Shown here: positions 1-8,747 of the stretch, piece by piece
Layout of the letters: each line of letters opens with the position of its first letter
How positions within the stretch are numbered: the stretch's first letter is position 1
Virus record (IMG/VR): IMGVR_UViG_3300014202_001519
Source: a virus
Reading direction: 5' to 3' (one strand)
DNA length: 64,000 nt
Made by a program: the position numbers and the translations under genes
The notes under the pieces: generated by a model
What the model saw: the letters and a program-made list of their open reading frames with translations, nothing else
Told to the model about the DNA's origin: nothing
The model's database searches: none

Positions 1-103
1 ATTCACACTCAGGTTTCAGGTCGGCAACGCCGTATACAACTTCTTCTGGCAGGACAACATTACCCCGCGACTTAGACATTTTTTCGTATGCAGGTTGCGT
101 CAT
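1..103 (-). CDS. 5' part of an ORF with a class I aminoacyl-tRNA synthetase KMSKS motif (runs off the window)
   Basis: Manual translation from ATG at 103: MTQPAYEKMSKSRGNVVLPEEVVYGVADLKPECE. The frame is open upstream to an in-frame TAG at 173-175, so the start is uncertain. Confidence 0.45.
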   Translation of the reverse strand, partial: MTQPAYEKMSKSRGNVVLPEEVVYGVADLKPECE

Positions 104-194
104 AAAAGTAAGCGGCAGGGGTGTACGTTGCCATTCGCTGTTGCGCAAGGATAAGACGTTACCCTTATCATCCTACTGGCTAAAAGACAGCCGC

Positions 195-656
195 TCACTT
201 TGAGCTACTTGCGTCCCGATTCCCCTGCCGCTGTATCACGTCCATAGCTTCTTGTGCAAGTTTTGTATCATGCAAACAAGCTACGGCATATTCCGCTAGT
301 TTAACCCGAATCTGGTCTTCGGATAGCGATGATTTATACTTAAAACCATCGTATTCGTTTAAGATGTTGCACATGTAATCATCAATATGCAGACGGTCAA
401 CATGAGCCATTTTCTCTGCCTTTATGAACGTTGCACCGCAATCAGGACACTTATACGTTGGCGGATTTGTGTCGCCATAATAATAAGCATTAGGATGTTT
501 GCATTCAATCATCTTGTTTGCTACGTCTTCATCGTAGAACCGATATCCAGGCACAAGGGATCGGCCCCTAGCCTTCTGTAATTCATCAGGCGTAAAAGTT
601 CTAGTCCTACCAATGTCAGGATCATAAGCGTCTAAATGGTGGTCGCCCCAACCCAT
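195..656 (-). CDS. hypothetical protein (N-terminus resembles pRiA4b ORF-3-like GWxxxHL motif; CPxC)
   Basis: MGWGDHHLDAY and KCPDCG; tiles with neighbours. Confidence 0.4.
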   Translation of the reverse strand: MGWGDHHLDAYDPDIGRTRTFTPDELQKARGRSLVPGYRFYDEDVANKMIECKHPNAYYYGDTNPPTYKCPDCGATFIKAEKMAHVDRLHIDDYMCNILNEYDGFKYKSSLSEDQIRVKLAEYAVACLHDTKLAQEAMDVIQRQGNRDASSSK

Positions 657-659
657 AAA

Positions 660-878
660 TCACCCGTTAGGCCAGAGAACGACAACATCTTCAACGTTGT
701 CATATTCAGCTTCATCATCTTCCGATAGAATTTCGCCACGACAAGTGCTACTCGGCACATACCTGGCACTACAAATACTGGAGCATGGAGAGAACCCATT
801 GCCTTCGCCATCCCTTGACAGGACGACTTTGACATTGGGTTCTTCCAGCAATGCTTTAGCCAATTCATGAGTGGTCAT
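660..878 (-). CDS. hypothetical phage protein
   Basis: 72 aa, DGEGNGFSP motif, abuts upstream gene. Confidence 0.5.
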   Translation of the reverse strand: MTTHELAKALLEEPNVKVVLSRDGEGNGFSPCSSICSARYVPSSTCRGEILSEDDEAEYDNVEDVVVLWPNG

Positions 879-1411
879 TACATGAATACCTTATGAGTTT
901 TTTCCCAAACTGTATCAGCACCAATCTTTTCGGTTGCGTGATACTTATTAAACTTCATCCATTGGGTGATTTCGTTTAAATAAGGATTTTTATAAGTTGG
1001 TATTTGTGTTTCGACTATGATCTTCTTTGGTCGGCTTATCAGGTTTTTCAATGCAAACCACTCAGCGCCTTCCATGTCCAAGAATAGCAGGTCAATGTTT
1101 CCTGGGTCATACTTGTCCATCGTAGCACAGCGGCATGAAGTAGTTCTGCCGCCACTACTGCCAAACTGGACATATGGGGACTTTATTCCCTTTATATGGG
1201 ATATTTGATTGCTCTCTATGAAACTGCATTGACCATTGTAATCATATATGGCCAAGTTATGAACTTTGACGTTGGGATATTTGGATGTTGTCTTCGTAAT
1301 TTCTTGGTAAAAGGAAATGAGTGGTTCAAATAGAACGCATTCAGCTTTTTCCCAATAAGGTCTTGAACGACAAGTCCCAAGCGGCCCAACGCCAATTTCA
1401 TAAATAACCAT
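878..1411 (-). CDS. FkbM-family methyltransferase
   Basis: EIGVG, VLFEP, VHNLAI and DLLFLDMEGAEW motifs. Confidence 0.75.
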   Translation of the reverse strand: MVIYEIGVGPLGTCRSRPYWEKAECVLFEPLISFYQEITKTTSKYPNVKVHNLAIYDYNGQCSFIESNQISHIKGIKSPYVQFGSSGGRTTSCRCATMDKYDPGNIDLLFLDMEGAEWFALKNLISRPKKIIVETQIPTYKNPYLNEITQWMKFNKYHATEKIGADTVWEKTHKVFM

Positions 1412-1421
1412 ACACTATCTA

Positions 1422-1889
1422 TTACTTGACAATGTATTTAACGCCTTCAACGATCAACCAGTTGATTTCACGGTGATCGACTTGGCGAACGCGACCCTTT
1501 GGACTATCCGCTGGTTCATCCAAATCTTCAACCATGCTACGGCCAAGCAAAGCTTCATGTTTGATAAAACGACCACGCAGAACACGCTCGCTCTTATCGG
1601 CCTTGTTGAATGAAACCGTAAATGGACGGTTGAATAGAGTAATAAGGATTTCAGCAGCTTCGGTCTTTGTCACCTTCTCAGTTGCGACAAACTGATCGGC
1701 AGACAAAGAGTTTTCCACCAAGTCCTTACCAGTTATCTTAATGTCTCTTTTGTTGTGGTCAAGGTCGGTTACGATTAATTCTTCACCACCTGACAAAACC
1801 TGCTTGACTTTGACGTAGTTCACAAACGCCATCACGTCATTCGTGCCAACTTTACCTGTCAACACTTTGTTAATTTTTCTGTCTTTCAT
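1422..1889 (-). CDS. hypothetical protein
   Basis: 155-aa ORF in tiled operon. Confidence 0.55.
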   Translation of the reverse strand: MKDRKINKVLTGKVGTNDVMAFVNYVKVKQVLSGGEELIVTDLDHNKRDIKITGKDLVENSLSADQFVATEKVTKTEAAEILITLFNRPFTVSFNKADKSERVLRGRFIKHEALLGRSMVEDLDEPADSPKGRVRQVDHREINWLIVEGVKYIVK

Positions 1890-2149
1890 GATAGTTCCTT
1901 TAAATCAGTTTTCATTTTGTCAGCTTCCATTTGGCTCTCAATCAACCGATAGGTTGTGAGAGCGGCAATTAATCCAGCCTTTTTACAACAAGGCGGTAAC
2001 TTGCCAGTAAATATATGGAGGAAGCCAGCTATAGTAGGATTATGGGTACTCAAGTGCTTAGCCATAATACTCAAATAGTCATCATCTGCAATCTCTTTTT
2101 CAATTGACCAGCAAATTTCTTCACTGACCTTTGGCACAACTGGTTCCAT
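1886..2149 (-). CDS. hypothetical protein
   Basis: 87-aa ORF with 4-nt overlap to the next gene. Confidence 0.5.
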   Translation of the reverse strand: MEPVVPKVSEEICWSIEKEIADDDYLSIMAKHLSTHNPTIAGFLHIFTGKLPPCCKKAGLIAALTTYRLIESQMEADKMKTDLKELS

Positions 2150-2221
2150 TGTATTCCTTGTAAATAAGATCGAAACTTACTTACAAAGACTACAATTTTT
2201 TTCAGAAATTTGCAATGGCAA

Positions 2222-2746
2222 TTATGAGGTGTGCCACCAGTACGGCCACTTGCCTTCGTTGAAATTCTTGATGTAAGTTTGGTCCAACTTACTTATCGAC
2301 CACCATTCAGTGCGGTCTTTTCTCTTCTCGGATGGAGTCTTAGCACGTCCATTCGCGCCACCCAAAGAAAAAGAACATATATAGCCACGTTCTTCTGGAT
2401 AAGCAGGACGGCCCCAAGCTTCTTTATAGATGGCGTCGATTTCTTTCCAAGTCATATCAACAAGCTCATTTAGCTTGTTCTTCTCTATATGCTTGAAAAC
2501 ATTATCGAACACTTTTTCAGTAAACAACTTGGTTAGTTGCTCAGTGGTGGGCTTTGGTGTTCGGCCTATAAACCAGGATTTCAAAATTGCAACAGGAACA
2601 TACATAGCGTCTGCTGGTGCATCGCCATTATAGTAGTCTTCTGTGCTATCTCTATCAGGAATGGCATTGATTAAGCCGCCTGCGTGACCGCTGGGCTTGT
2701 TTTCCCAATCAATGCCACCGCCTTCATTGCACTTCCACCAGCCCAT
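2222..2746 (-). CDS. hypothetical protein
   Basis: 174-aa ORF. Confidence 0.55.
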   Translation of the reverse strand: MGWWKCNEGGGIDWENKPSGHAGGLINAIPDRDSTEDYYNGDAPADAMYVPVAILKSWFIGRTPKPTTEQLTKLFTEKVFDNVFKHIEKNKLNELVDMTWKEIDAIYKEAWGRPAYPEERGYICSFSLGGANGRAKTPSEKRKDRTEWWSISKLDQTYIKNFNEGKWPYWWHTS

Positions 2747-3230
2747 CGACGGCCTCTTTCCAATATGAAAACGAGTTGTCGCTTACCCAACCGTTCTCTT
2801 CGTGAATCTTCTTTAGGAATTTATAGAACGCAACCGCTTCTTTCTCAAGACCTAGAAGACGGCAACTTCTTAAAACTCTTGTAATTCTAAACCAGTTATG
2901 GTTTGCTATCTTGAACAGGATAGGCTCAAAGGCTTCGGTTTGAACAACTTCACCCGCTACATATCCCAAACCAAAAAATCGCATATATCTTAAAAAAGAA
3001 TAATGCAGATTGATTTGGATAATGGGATTAACTTTGCATATCTTGATATCGTCTTCGGTGAGCAGTGGGGCATCTGGATTGAAGTTGCTGACTTCTGGAA
3101 GAGGAAAAAGCCATTGAATATAGTTGTGGCAATATTCAAAGTATTCATCATCCTCAAGCCAAATGTCGGAGAGTTTCCTGCCGTCGCAATCAACGCCTGT
3201 CTCATCGTAAAACTCAGTGATCTTTGACAT
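2724..3230 (-). CDS. opioid growth factor receptor (OGFr)-like conserved domain protein
   Basis: HNYIQWLFPLPEVSNFNPDAPLLT and NHNWFRITRVLRSCRLLG; probable start MSKITEFY at 3230. Confidence 0.8.
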   Translation of the reverse strand: MSKITEFYDETGVDCDGRKLSDIWLEDDEYFEYCHNYIQWLFPLPEVSNFNPDAPLLTEDDIKICKVNPIIQINLHYSFLRYMRFFGLGYVAGEVVQTEAFEPILFKIANHNWFRITRVLRSCRLLGLEKEAVAFYKFLKKIHEENGWVSDNSFSYWKEAVDGLVEVQ

Positions 3231-3237
3231 AAATATA

Positions 3238-3501
3238 CTACAATTTTTGTGGGTGTCCAATGGGTTTCTGTGGAACTTCGATATCCACCTCTTTGCAAAA
3301 TTCCAGCGCAAGAATTTCGATCTTCATGTCGTCATCTTCGGCACGCTCATGCAGTCTTTCTTTAGCCAAATCTACATTTGGACTATCGGCGTAGAACATC
3401 GTGACTACTTCACGGGAATCTCCCGCTTCGTAGTATTGGTCCCAATTTCTAGGAGTTAAGAACCACTCTTTAACTCGAAAACCAAAGGACCACTTTTTCA
3501 T
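3238..3501 (-). CDS. hypothetical protein
   Basis: 87-aa ORF ending in TAG. Confidence 0.5.
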   Translation of the reverse strand: MKKWSFGFRVKEWFLTPRNWDQYYEAGDSREVVTMFYADSPNVDLAKERLHERAEDDDMKIEILALEFCKEVDIEVPQKPIGHPQKL

Positions 3502-3656
3502 TTAAATTCCTTGAAGGAAATAACCAGTGCGGCAACTAAGAACGCACCAGTCGCTAATGCAGAAAATGGGTCAAAAAAAAGGTAGCCCATCCACGCTAGC
3601 ATAAGAACCAAAAAACAAACGCCCTTTTTGACTTCGGGCACAGGATTGAGACGCAT
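3498..3656 (-). CDS. small membrane protein (below the ORF-track cutoff)
   Basis: Manual translation MRLNPVPEVKKGVCFLVLMLAWMGYLFFDPFSALATGAFLVAALVISFKEFK fills the gap; two hydrophobic stretches. Confidence 0.5.
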   Translation of the reverse strand: MRLNPVPEVKKGVCFLVLMLAWMGYLFFDPFSALATGAFLVAALVISFKEFK

Positions 3657-3661
3657 ATATA

Positions 3662-3982
3662 TCACCTTACATGAATTACAAATCTATTATAAGCATCTTC
3701 AAATGCTTTGTCTATGTCTATCTTAAACAATTCCATATCAACGGCCACTAGAACATCTTCATTGCCAACTGAAATTTCAATTTTGTCGTTGCGATAGCGG
3801 ACGACATGATTGGTGATACAGGTATCCCTAAAGTATCGACCAATCTGCTCGCTCATAATATTCATCATCATTTTCTGCCACAGCTTAGCTGCGGCACGAT
3901 GATGAATAACCGCTTCACGGTATTTGCTCCTATAGTAGAGCAACCCAACAAAGCACGCTAGGGAGGCTAATGCTCCAAGCAT
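3662..3982 (-). CDS. hypothetical membrane-anchored protein
   Basis: AGGAG SD before ATG at 3982 (MLGALASLACF). The longer track ORF overlaps the tRNA and is unlikely. Confidence 0.55.
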   Translation of the reverse strand: MLGALASLACFVGLLYYRSKYREAVIHHRAAAKLWQKMMMNIMSEQIGRYFRDTCITNHVVRYRNDKIEISVGNEDVLVAVDMELFKIDIDKAFEDAYNRFVIHVR

Positions 3983-3993
3983 AGCAGACTCCT

Positions 3994-4098
3994 GCAATTT
4001 CGCAGCAACACCCAACATGAGCTTTGCCGCAACTTCACAACAAAACACAAGCGACTTTACAGCAACTCCCGCTATGAGCTTTGCTGTAACATCACAAC
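3994..4098 (-). repeat. two 48-nt imperfect direct repeats (57-nt period), each forming a hairpin
   Basis: 3994-4041 aligns with 4051-4098. Minus-strand stems TTACAGCAA/TTGCTGTAA and TTGCGGCAA/TTGCTGCGA share an internal AGCTCAT. Confidence 0.7.
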
Positions 4099-4169
4099 GC
4101 TCCCTGCGGGATTCGAACCCGCAACGCACAGTTTTAGAGACTGCCGCTCTGCCATTGAGCTAAGGGAGC
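4098..4169 (-). tRNA. tRNA with CTA anticodon (amber suppressor)
   Basis: GCTCCCT-TA-GCTC AATGGCA GAGC-G-GCAGT CTCTAAA ACTGT-GCGTT-GCGGG TTCGAAT CCCGC-AGGGAGC-G: full cloverleaf, G73, no encoded CCA. Confidence 0.92.
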
Positions 4170-4175
4170 ATACCT

Positions 4176-4394
4176 CTATCGAATGCGTCGTGCAATACGA
4201 CCTTTGGTTAAGTCATAGGGTGAAATTTCAACTTCCACCCGATCACCAGGAATAACCTTGATGAAATTCTTCCGCATCTTACCAGATATATGAGCTATAA
4301 TCGTATGTCCATTATCTAGTTGAACCCTGAATTGGGTATTAGCCAGGGCTTCGAGAACTTTACCTTCACACTCAATTGTTTCTGTTTTCGCCAT
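4176..4394 (-). CDS. infA: translation initiation factor IF-1
   Basis: [61 protein letters not shown]. Confidence 0.97.
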   Translation of the reverse strand: MAKTETIECEGKVLEALANTQFRVQLDNGHTIIAHISGKMRKNFIKVIPGDRVEVEISPYDLTKGRIARRIR

Positions 4395-4951
4395 TACTTT
4401 ACCTCTTCAAACAAATTATGATGCCCCTCATCTGTGTTCAAGTTATAAGGAACCTCCTGCTCATATTCTTCATCTCGCCCATTCTCATCTAGCTCGATAG
4501 CCTTCCTTGATTTGCCAGTCTCCCAAACGTCCACCACAGATGTTTGATTCCAACCTACCGCAATTATATGAAGGTCGGGATTGGAACATTTTGCATTAAG
4601 TTCCATAATTTTTTCAATATCGTCTGCCTGTTTGGTGATATGACAGTGTGCAGGCAACCACTTAGCAGACTCTCGCATTGCGGCGACAAGACGTTGGAAG
4701 TCGCCAGAGTAGACTACAAACTTATCGTAAGTAGTAGCCAGCGTAATACGATCATGCAGTGGAACGGCTGGATTATCCGCCAGTTTCCACAGTGCTTTCA
4801 TTGATTCTTCATTCATCAAATTAAACGGCGTGTTATACTTCTCAGCCATGCTATTCCAAACAATCATGGCACCGTGCCAAGCATTCTTATACTCGGCAAA
4901 GTATTCAAGATCACCGTCTGGTCTGAAAGCACACAGAGTAGTACAACTCAT
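4394..4951 (-). CDS. hypothetical protein
   Basis: 185-aa ORF in tiled operon. Confidence 0.55.
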   Translation of the reverse strand: MSCTTLCAFRPDGDLEYFAEYKNAWHGAMIVWNSMAEKYNTPFNLMNEESMKALWKLADNPAVPLHDRITLATTYDKFVVYSGDFQRLVAAMRESAKWLPAHCHITKQADDIEKIMELNAKCSNPDLHIIAVGWNQTSVVDVWETGKSRKAIELDENGRDEEYEQEVPYNLNTDEGHHNLFEEVK

Positions 4952-5187
4952 TTTACACCTTTAATTGGAGTGGGATGCTCGCCATACTTGCGAACCATGT
5001 ATTCCAAATTGGCGAACATCATCCCATTATGTGTTATGATCTTCGTCCTGCACAACTCCAGCAAATCGCATAGATGCCCAGCGGCATCTTCATACGATCC
5101 TTGCTTGATGCAATAATTCATAGCATCCAACTTTTGCTCAAGTGGCAGAATAGGAATGCCTTTGTCTGAATATTTTCGTTCTGCCAT
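4948..5187 (-). CDS. hypothetical protein
   Basis: 79-aa ORF with overlapping start/stop. Confidence 0.5.
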   Translation of the reverse strand: MAERKYSDKGIPILPLEQKLDAMNYCIKQGSYEDAAGHLCDLLELCRTKIITHNGMMFANLEYMVRKYGEHPTPIKGVK

Positions 5188-5480
5188 TAGTCTTCTACCT
5201 TACTGACTTTGCCATATAGACCGTTCTTGCCGATCCAACCATTAACAAAGCCGTGGTTGTTAGAAATCTGATAACGCTCACCCTGAATCGCGGTCAACAG
5301 GTGGACGTAGTATTTTCCTTTTACCTTACAAAAGACGATATCGCCTTTATGAAGGTCTGATACATCTGGTACAATTGTAATTAGCTGCCCCGACTTAATC
5401 TTGGGCAACATAGAAGAACCTCTTGGACGACACTGGATTGTCTCGCCCAAGAGGAGTTTATCTGCGAAATGGCGATTCAT
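5187..5480 (-). CDS. S24/S26 peptidase-like protein
   Basis: GSSMLPKIKSGQ...GDIVF...YVHLL; His rather than Lys at the general-base position. Confidence 0.65.
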   Translation of the reverse strand: MNRHFADKLLLGETIQCRPRGSSMLPKIKSGQLITIVPDVSDLHKGDIVFCKVKGKYYVHLLTAIQGERYQISNNHGFVNGWIGKNGLYGKVSKVED

Positions 5481-5695
5481 GCTAGTTGGGTTTCGTATCC
5501 TTGTTGTTTGAGCGTTTCAAGCAGGGCTTCTGCAATCGTTGCTTCACCTATGGTGCCATCTTCTTTTCGAACGTTTATCTTGTATTCCTTTGTGAATTTA
5601 CAAGCAAGGCAATGGCAATGCCAGGGTTCCTTTTTATTTGCGTGGCTCATGGCGTGGCCAGCGGCGATAACATTCAGCAACGTTGCATTCGACAT
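5477..5695 (-). CDS. hypothetical protein
   Basis: 72 aa, CHCLAC motif. Confidence 0.45.
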   Translation of the reverse strand: MSNATLLNVIAAGHAMSHANKKEPWHCHCLACKFTKEYKINVRKEDGTIGEATIAEALLETLKQQGYETQLA

Positions 5696-5707
5696 TGAAA
5701 CCCCTAA

Positions 5708-6157
5708 TTACATGGCCCGTTTATTATAACGTGGCCGATGAACAAAATCAGCTATAATCCGTGAACCATTCACTGGATTATTTACGTCCATACAAGTCAA
5801 TACGATCCCGTCTAACTCTCGGACGACAAACAGGATGTTGCTTTCAACTAGGAACCGATAACGGTCATAACCATACTTGTTATACATGTGGTTCATGAAG
5901 TTGGTGTCGTTGTTGAAAACCTTCACTTCTTCGGCGTCATGCAGCTTGGCACAGATGATCTTGTCCCATATCTCTTTCTTCTCGTTCACGATTTCATGAA
6001 GCCAGAAGGTCAATTCTCGACAATGCTCGCAGCCACGGCAACGGCGCAAATGGGCAAACTCCCGACTCTCCCTTGAAAAACGTTCCACAAACCGTTCACG
6101 AACATGATGGGTAATTACAAACTGGTACTCCCTACGACGGCTCATTGTAGCGTTCAT
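5708..6157 (-). CDS. hypothetical protein
   Basis: 149 aa, THHVRERFVER and CxxCxxC. Confidence 0.5.
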   Translation of the reverse strand: MNATMSRRREYQFVITHHVRERFVERFSRESREFAHLRRCRGCEHCRELTFWLHEIVNEKKEIWDKIICAKLHDAEEVKVFNNDTNFMNHMYNKYGYDRYRFLVESNILFVVRELDGIVLTCMDVNNPVNGSRIIADFVHRPRYNKRAM

Positions 6158-6197
6158 CGTGATTCCCCATAGAGTTATACATCACACATTAATGGTA

Positions 6198-7211
6198 CTA
6201 CAAAGTTTCACTTTGTAAAATCTCCCGCGAGAATTTCTCTACAAACAAATCAGCCAATTTAACAATGTCATCCTTCCTGTCTAATTCATCTTTAAGATGA
6301 GCAGGGAAGATTTCTTCGCCTCCTAATGCCCCTAATAAACCCCCAACTAAAGAAGCATTCGTGTCCGCATCACCGCCAACATAAGCGGCATCTATCATAC
6401 TCTGAATTTTAAACGGACTACGAATGAAAAAGGCATAAGAAATTGGTAGTGAGTTATAAACGTAGCAAGAGCCGCCGCCATACTCATTTACCAGATGCTG
6501 GTCATCATACAATAGTTTTGGGTTCTCGTATAATGGCAAAAGACCTTTAAGCCTGTCGGTCAGGTCATCTTTAATGGTTTCTGAGTAATAGCTACGACCT
6601 ACTTCACTTGCACGAATCAATTTTCGCAGAAATACCTTGGTGTCGAAGGTTTGTGGGGTCTTGCTTAGGCAGTCTAGTAAGGCGATTGTGTGAGCAAGAC
6701 AGGAACTTATCGCTATGCTAGTTTGATGGGTCATCGCGGTGAAATCAACCAGATTCTTTGTAAATCCAGTCAGATTTCCAGTTAAACCAAAATAGGCAGC
6801 AAGGGGCGATGCCTTCATGGGTACGCCATTGCCCAAGCCCCGCCGTTCATTTCCTTGGAAATCGCCAGACTCTTTCCAGCTAATCCCTTCCTTAAGTCTC
6901 TTACATGCTTCCCTAGTGGTTGATCCCCAACCACTAACTGTATCATCATAGGCAGCAATATGCTCTATAGCAACATGCCCCATATCAAATTCGCCAGCAC
7001 CTAGAATTGCTTTGGCTGTTGCAATAGTTAATTGGGTGTCGTCGGTCCAGCTTCCTTTCTTTTTCCAACGCCCACTTCTATAGTTTTCTCGTTTTTTTAC
7101 TTTTTTCACCACATCGTATGGCTTAGATTCGAAGGGCATTCCTAGTGCATCCCCAATTGCAACACCTAAGAACATCCCCCTAACCTTATCTTTGACATTC
7201 ATGTGTGGCAT
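6198..7211 (-). CDS. ADP-ribosylglycohydrolase (ARH/DraG family)
   Basis: GVAIGDALGMPFE, WTDDTQLT, GNGVPMKASP and GGDADTNASLVG. Confidence 0.93.
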   Translation of the reverse strand: MPHMNVKDKVRGMFLGVAIGDALGMPFESKPYDVVKKVKKRENYRSGRWKKKGSWTDDTQLTIATAKAILGAGEFDMGHVAIEHIAAYDDTVSGWGSTTREACKRLKEGISWKESGDFQGNERRGLGNGVPMKASPLAAYFGLTGNLTGFTKNLVDFTAMTHQTSIAISSCLAHTIALLDCLSKTPQTFDTKVFLRKLIRASEVGRSYYSETIKDDLTDRLKGLLPLYENPKLLYDDQHLVNEYGGGSCYVYNSLPISYAFFIRSPFKIQSMIDAAYVGGDADTNASLVGGLLGALGGEEIFPAHLKDELDRKDDIVKLADLFVEKFSREILQSETL

Positions 7212-7395
7212 CCATCAAGTCGTTTGTTGGTAAATAAACTTCTTTATTATCTGGCTTGACGACCATTGTTATTTTTGCTAAATGTGGTTTTTCAACCTTG
7301 AGTCTCCACAAGGTAAAGGCTTGTTCTGCTGCTTCTCTTGGTGAACTACTTTCAACTACCGTCGTAAACTCTCCCGAAATTACCGTATATTTCAT
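7186..7395 (-). CDS. hypothetical protein
   Basis: probable start MKYTVISG. Confidence 0.45.
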   Translation of the reverse strand: MKYTVISGEFTTVVESSSPREAAEQAFTLWRLKVEKPHLAKITMVVKPDNKEVYLPTNDLMDATHECQR

Positions 7396-7455
7396 AGAAT
7401 AAAACTCCATTACGAAACACTGTACTATACCATATACAAGTGTTTCGTCCAAGTT

Positions 7456-7968
7456 TTATTCTACCAAAATTCCACTCTCCGTGAGAGCCTTGGATAAACT
7501 CATCAAATGCTTACACATTCCAGGCATTTCTTTAGGGTTAATGCGATAATTACCTTCGTATTTTGCCCTTTTCCTGCCGTGTAAGGAGTTGTCCAGGTGA
7601 TCGTAGTAGTTAAAACGCCAGTAGAAATCAGGACAATTACACCGAACCGCAACTTCATTCGCGGCAGGCGATAATTTATCTAAAACGTACTCTAAGCCAT
7701 CGTCAGCAGCGACCCGAATTGCGATAGGAGATTGACTGTCGTAGCGGACTGCCTTAAAAAGTATGACAGGATTATACTCTCGCCCCTCATTTTGGGCTAA
7801 ACCCTTAAAGTATATGGTCCTCATACCTTTAAATGGCACTATGGACAACTGCGTGATCCTTATAGGATCAACCGCATGTTGTCGCAAAGTAGTTTTTGGG
7901 AACGCCGCTACCGACGAATTATAAAGATCATTTATACTTGATTCATTAAGCCAGCCACTAAAGTTCAT
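7456..7968 (-). CDS. SWIM zinc-finger protein
   Basis: VRCNCPDFYWR...GMCKHL. Confidence 0.7.
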   Translation of the reverse strand: MNFSGWLNESSINDLYNSSVAAFPKTTLRQHAVDPIRITQLSIVPFKGMRTIYFKGLAQNEGREYNPVILFKAVRYDSQSPIAIRVAADDGLEYVLDKLSPAANEVAVRCNCPDFYWRFNYYDHLDNSLHGRKRAKYEGNYRINPKEMPGMCKHLMSLSKALTESGILVE

Positions 7969-7975
7969 GCCATAT

Positions 7976-8164
7976 TTAGTCTTCGGTATCTAAAAACCAA
8001 GCAATCGGCTTAATACCGTGCAAGACATTCAGCAACACCCCTTTGCTGACTCTAGGCTTGTTGTTCCTGAAACAGACAGCCCTGCATTCATCACCAATCG
8101 TCGTTCTCATGCGGGCGAGCAAAGAATCCAGTAGATTCATCGTGTCTTGATCCCATTGAATCAT
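7976..8164 (-). CDS. hypothetical protein
   Basis: small ORF filling the gap; start uncertain. Confidence 0.4.
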   Translation of the reverse strand: MIQWDQDTMNLLDSLLARMRTTIGDECRAVCFRNNKPRVSKGVLLNVLHGIKPIAWFLDTED

Positions 8165-8165
8165 A

Positions 8166-8747
8166 TCACTTAGTCTTTTGTTGTTTGGCTTTTCGCTCAT
8201 CTGCAATTTCCTTCTGATAACGTTCAACTAATTTTTCACCAAATTCTAATTTTTCAATTCCGTCTGCGGAAAAGTAACGAAGGAAGAGTTTACCCCATTT
8301 CAAAGCATTCTTCAAGTCATCTATCGAGTAATAACAAATTGCCAAACGAATACGAACATCACTCCGCATCTGCAAAGCCCAAGCCATACCTTCGCCACAC
8401 ATACCATAGGCCAATTCCCTACTGCCACGGTCATAGATGGCTCTGTAGCATTCAATGGCTTCCTTAACATAGCCCATTTGAAATAATGGCCCCGCATAAT
8501 GCCACAGGACCGTAGGGCAATGGGGATTGACTTTCTTTGCTTTCTTACCCCACTTCAAAGCGGTTCTATAATCTCGCTTTTCATAGTAGGCTGAACAAAT
8601 ATGAGCCAAATACCAATGCCTGGAGTAGTCTTTTACCCATTCATGGTCGCCAAAAGGCAGACGAGGCAATCGTTTTAACTCTTTTTTAGCTAAAACGATT
8701 GCCTCATCGTAACGATCTTCCATGATAAGATCGTTAATGTCAGGCAT
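8166..8747 (-). CDS. tetratricopeptide repeat protein
   Basis: TPR-like helices AYYEKRDYRTALKWGKKA, LFQMGYVKEAIECYRA and CYYSIDDLKNALKW. Confidence 0.75.
   Translation of the reverse strand: MPDINDLIMEDRYDEAIVLAKKELKRLPRLPFGDHEWVKDYSRHWYLAHICSAYYEKRDYRTALKWGKKAKKVNPHCPTVLWHYAGPLFQMGYVKEAIECYRAIYDRGSRELAYGMCGEGMAWALQMRSDVRIRLAICYYSIDDLKNALKWGKLFLRYFSADGIEKLEFGEKLVERYQKEIADERKAKQQKTK

Noticed and set aside
3994-4098. CRISPR mini-array
   Set aside because: Only two imperfect copies with a 9-nt gap, no spacer-sized unique sequence, and no cas genes.
3983-4129. N-terminal extension of ORF 3662..4129
   Set aside because: It overlaps the tRNA and the hairpin repeats; a good SD and ATG occur at 3982.
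4098-4169. tRNA-Pyl
   Set aside because: It has a canonical D-loop, a 5-bp anticodon stem, a 5-nt variable loop and two nucleotides between acceptor and D stems, unlike tRNA-Pyl. No pyl genes are seen.
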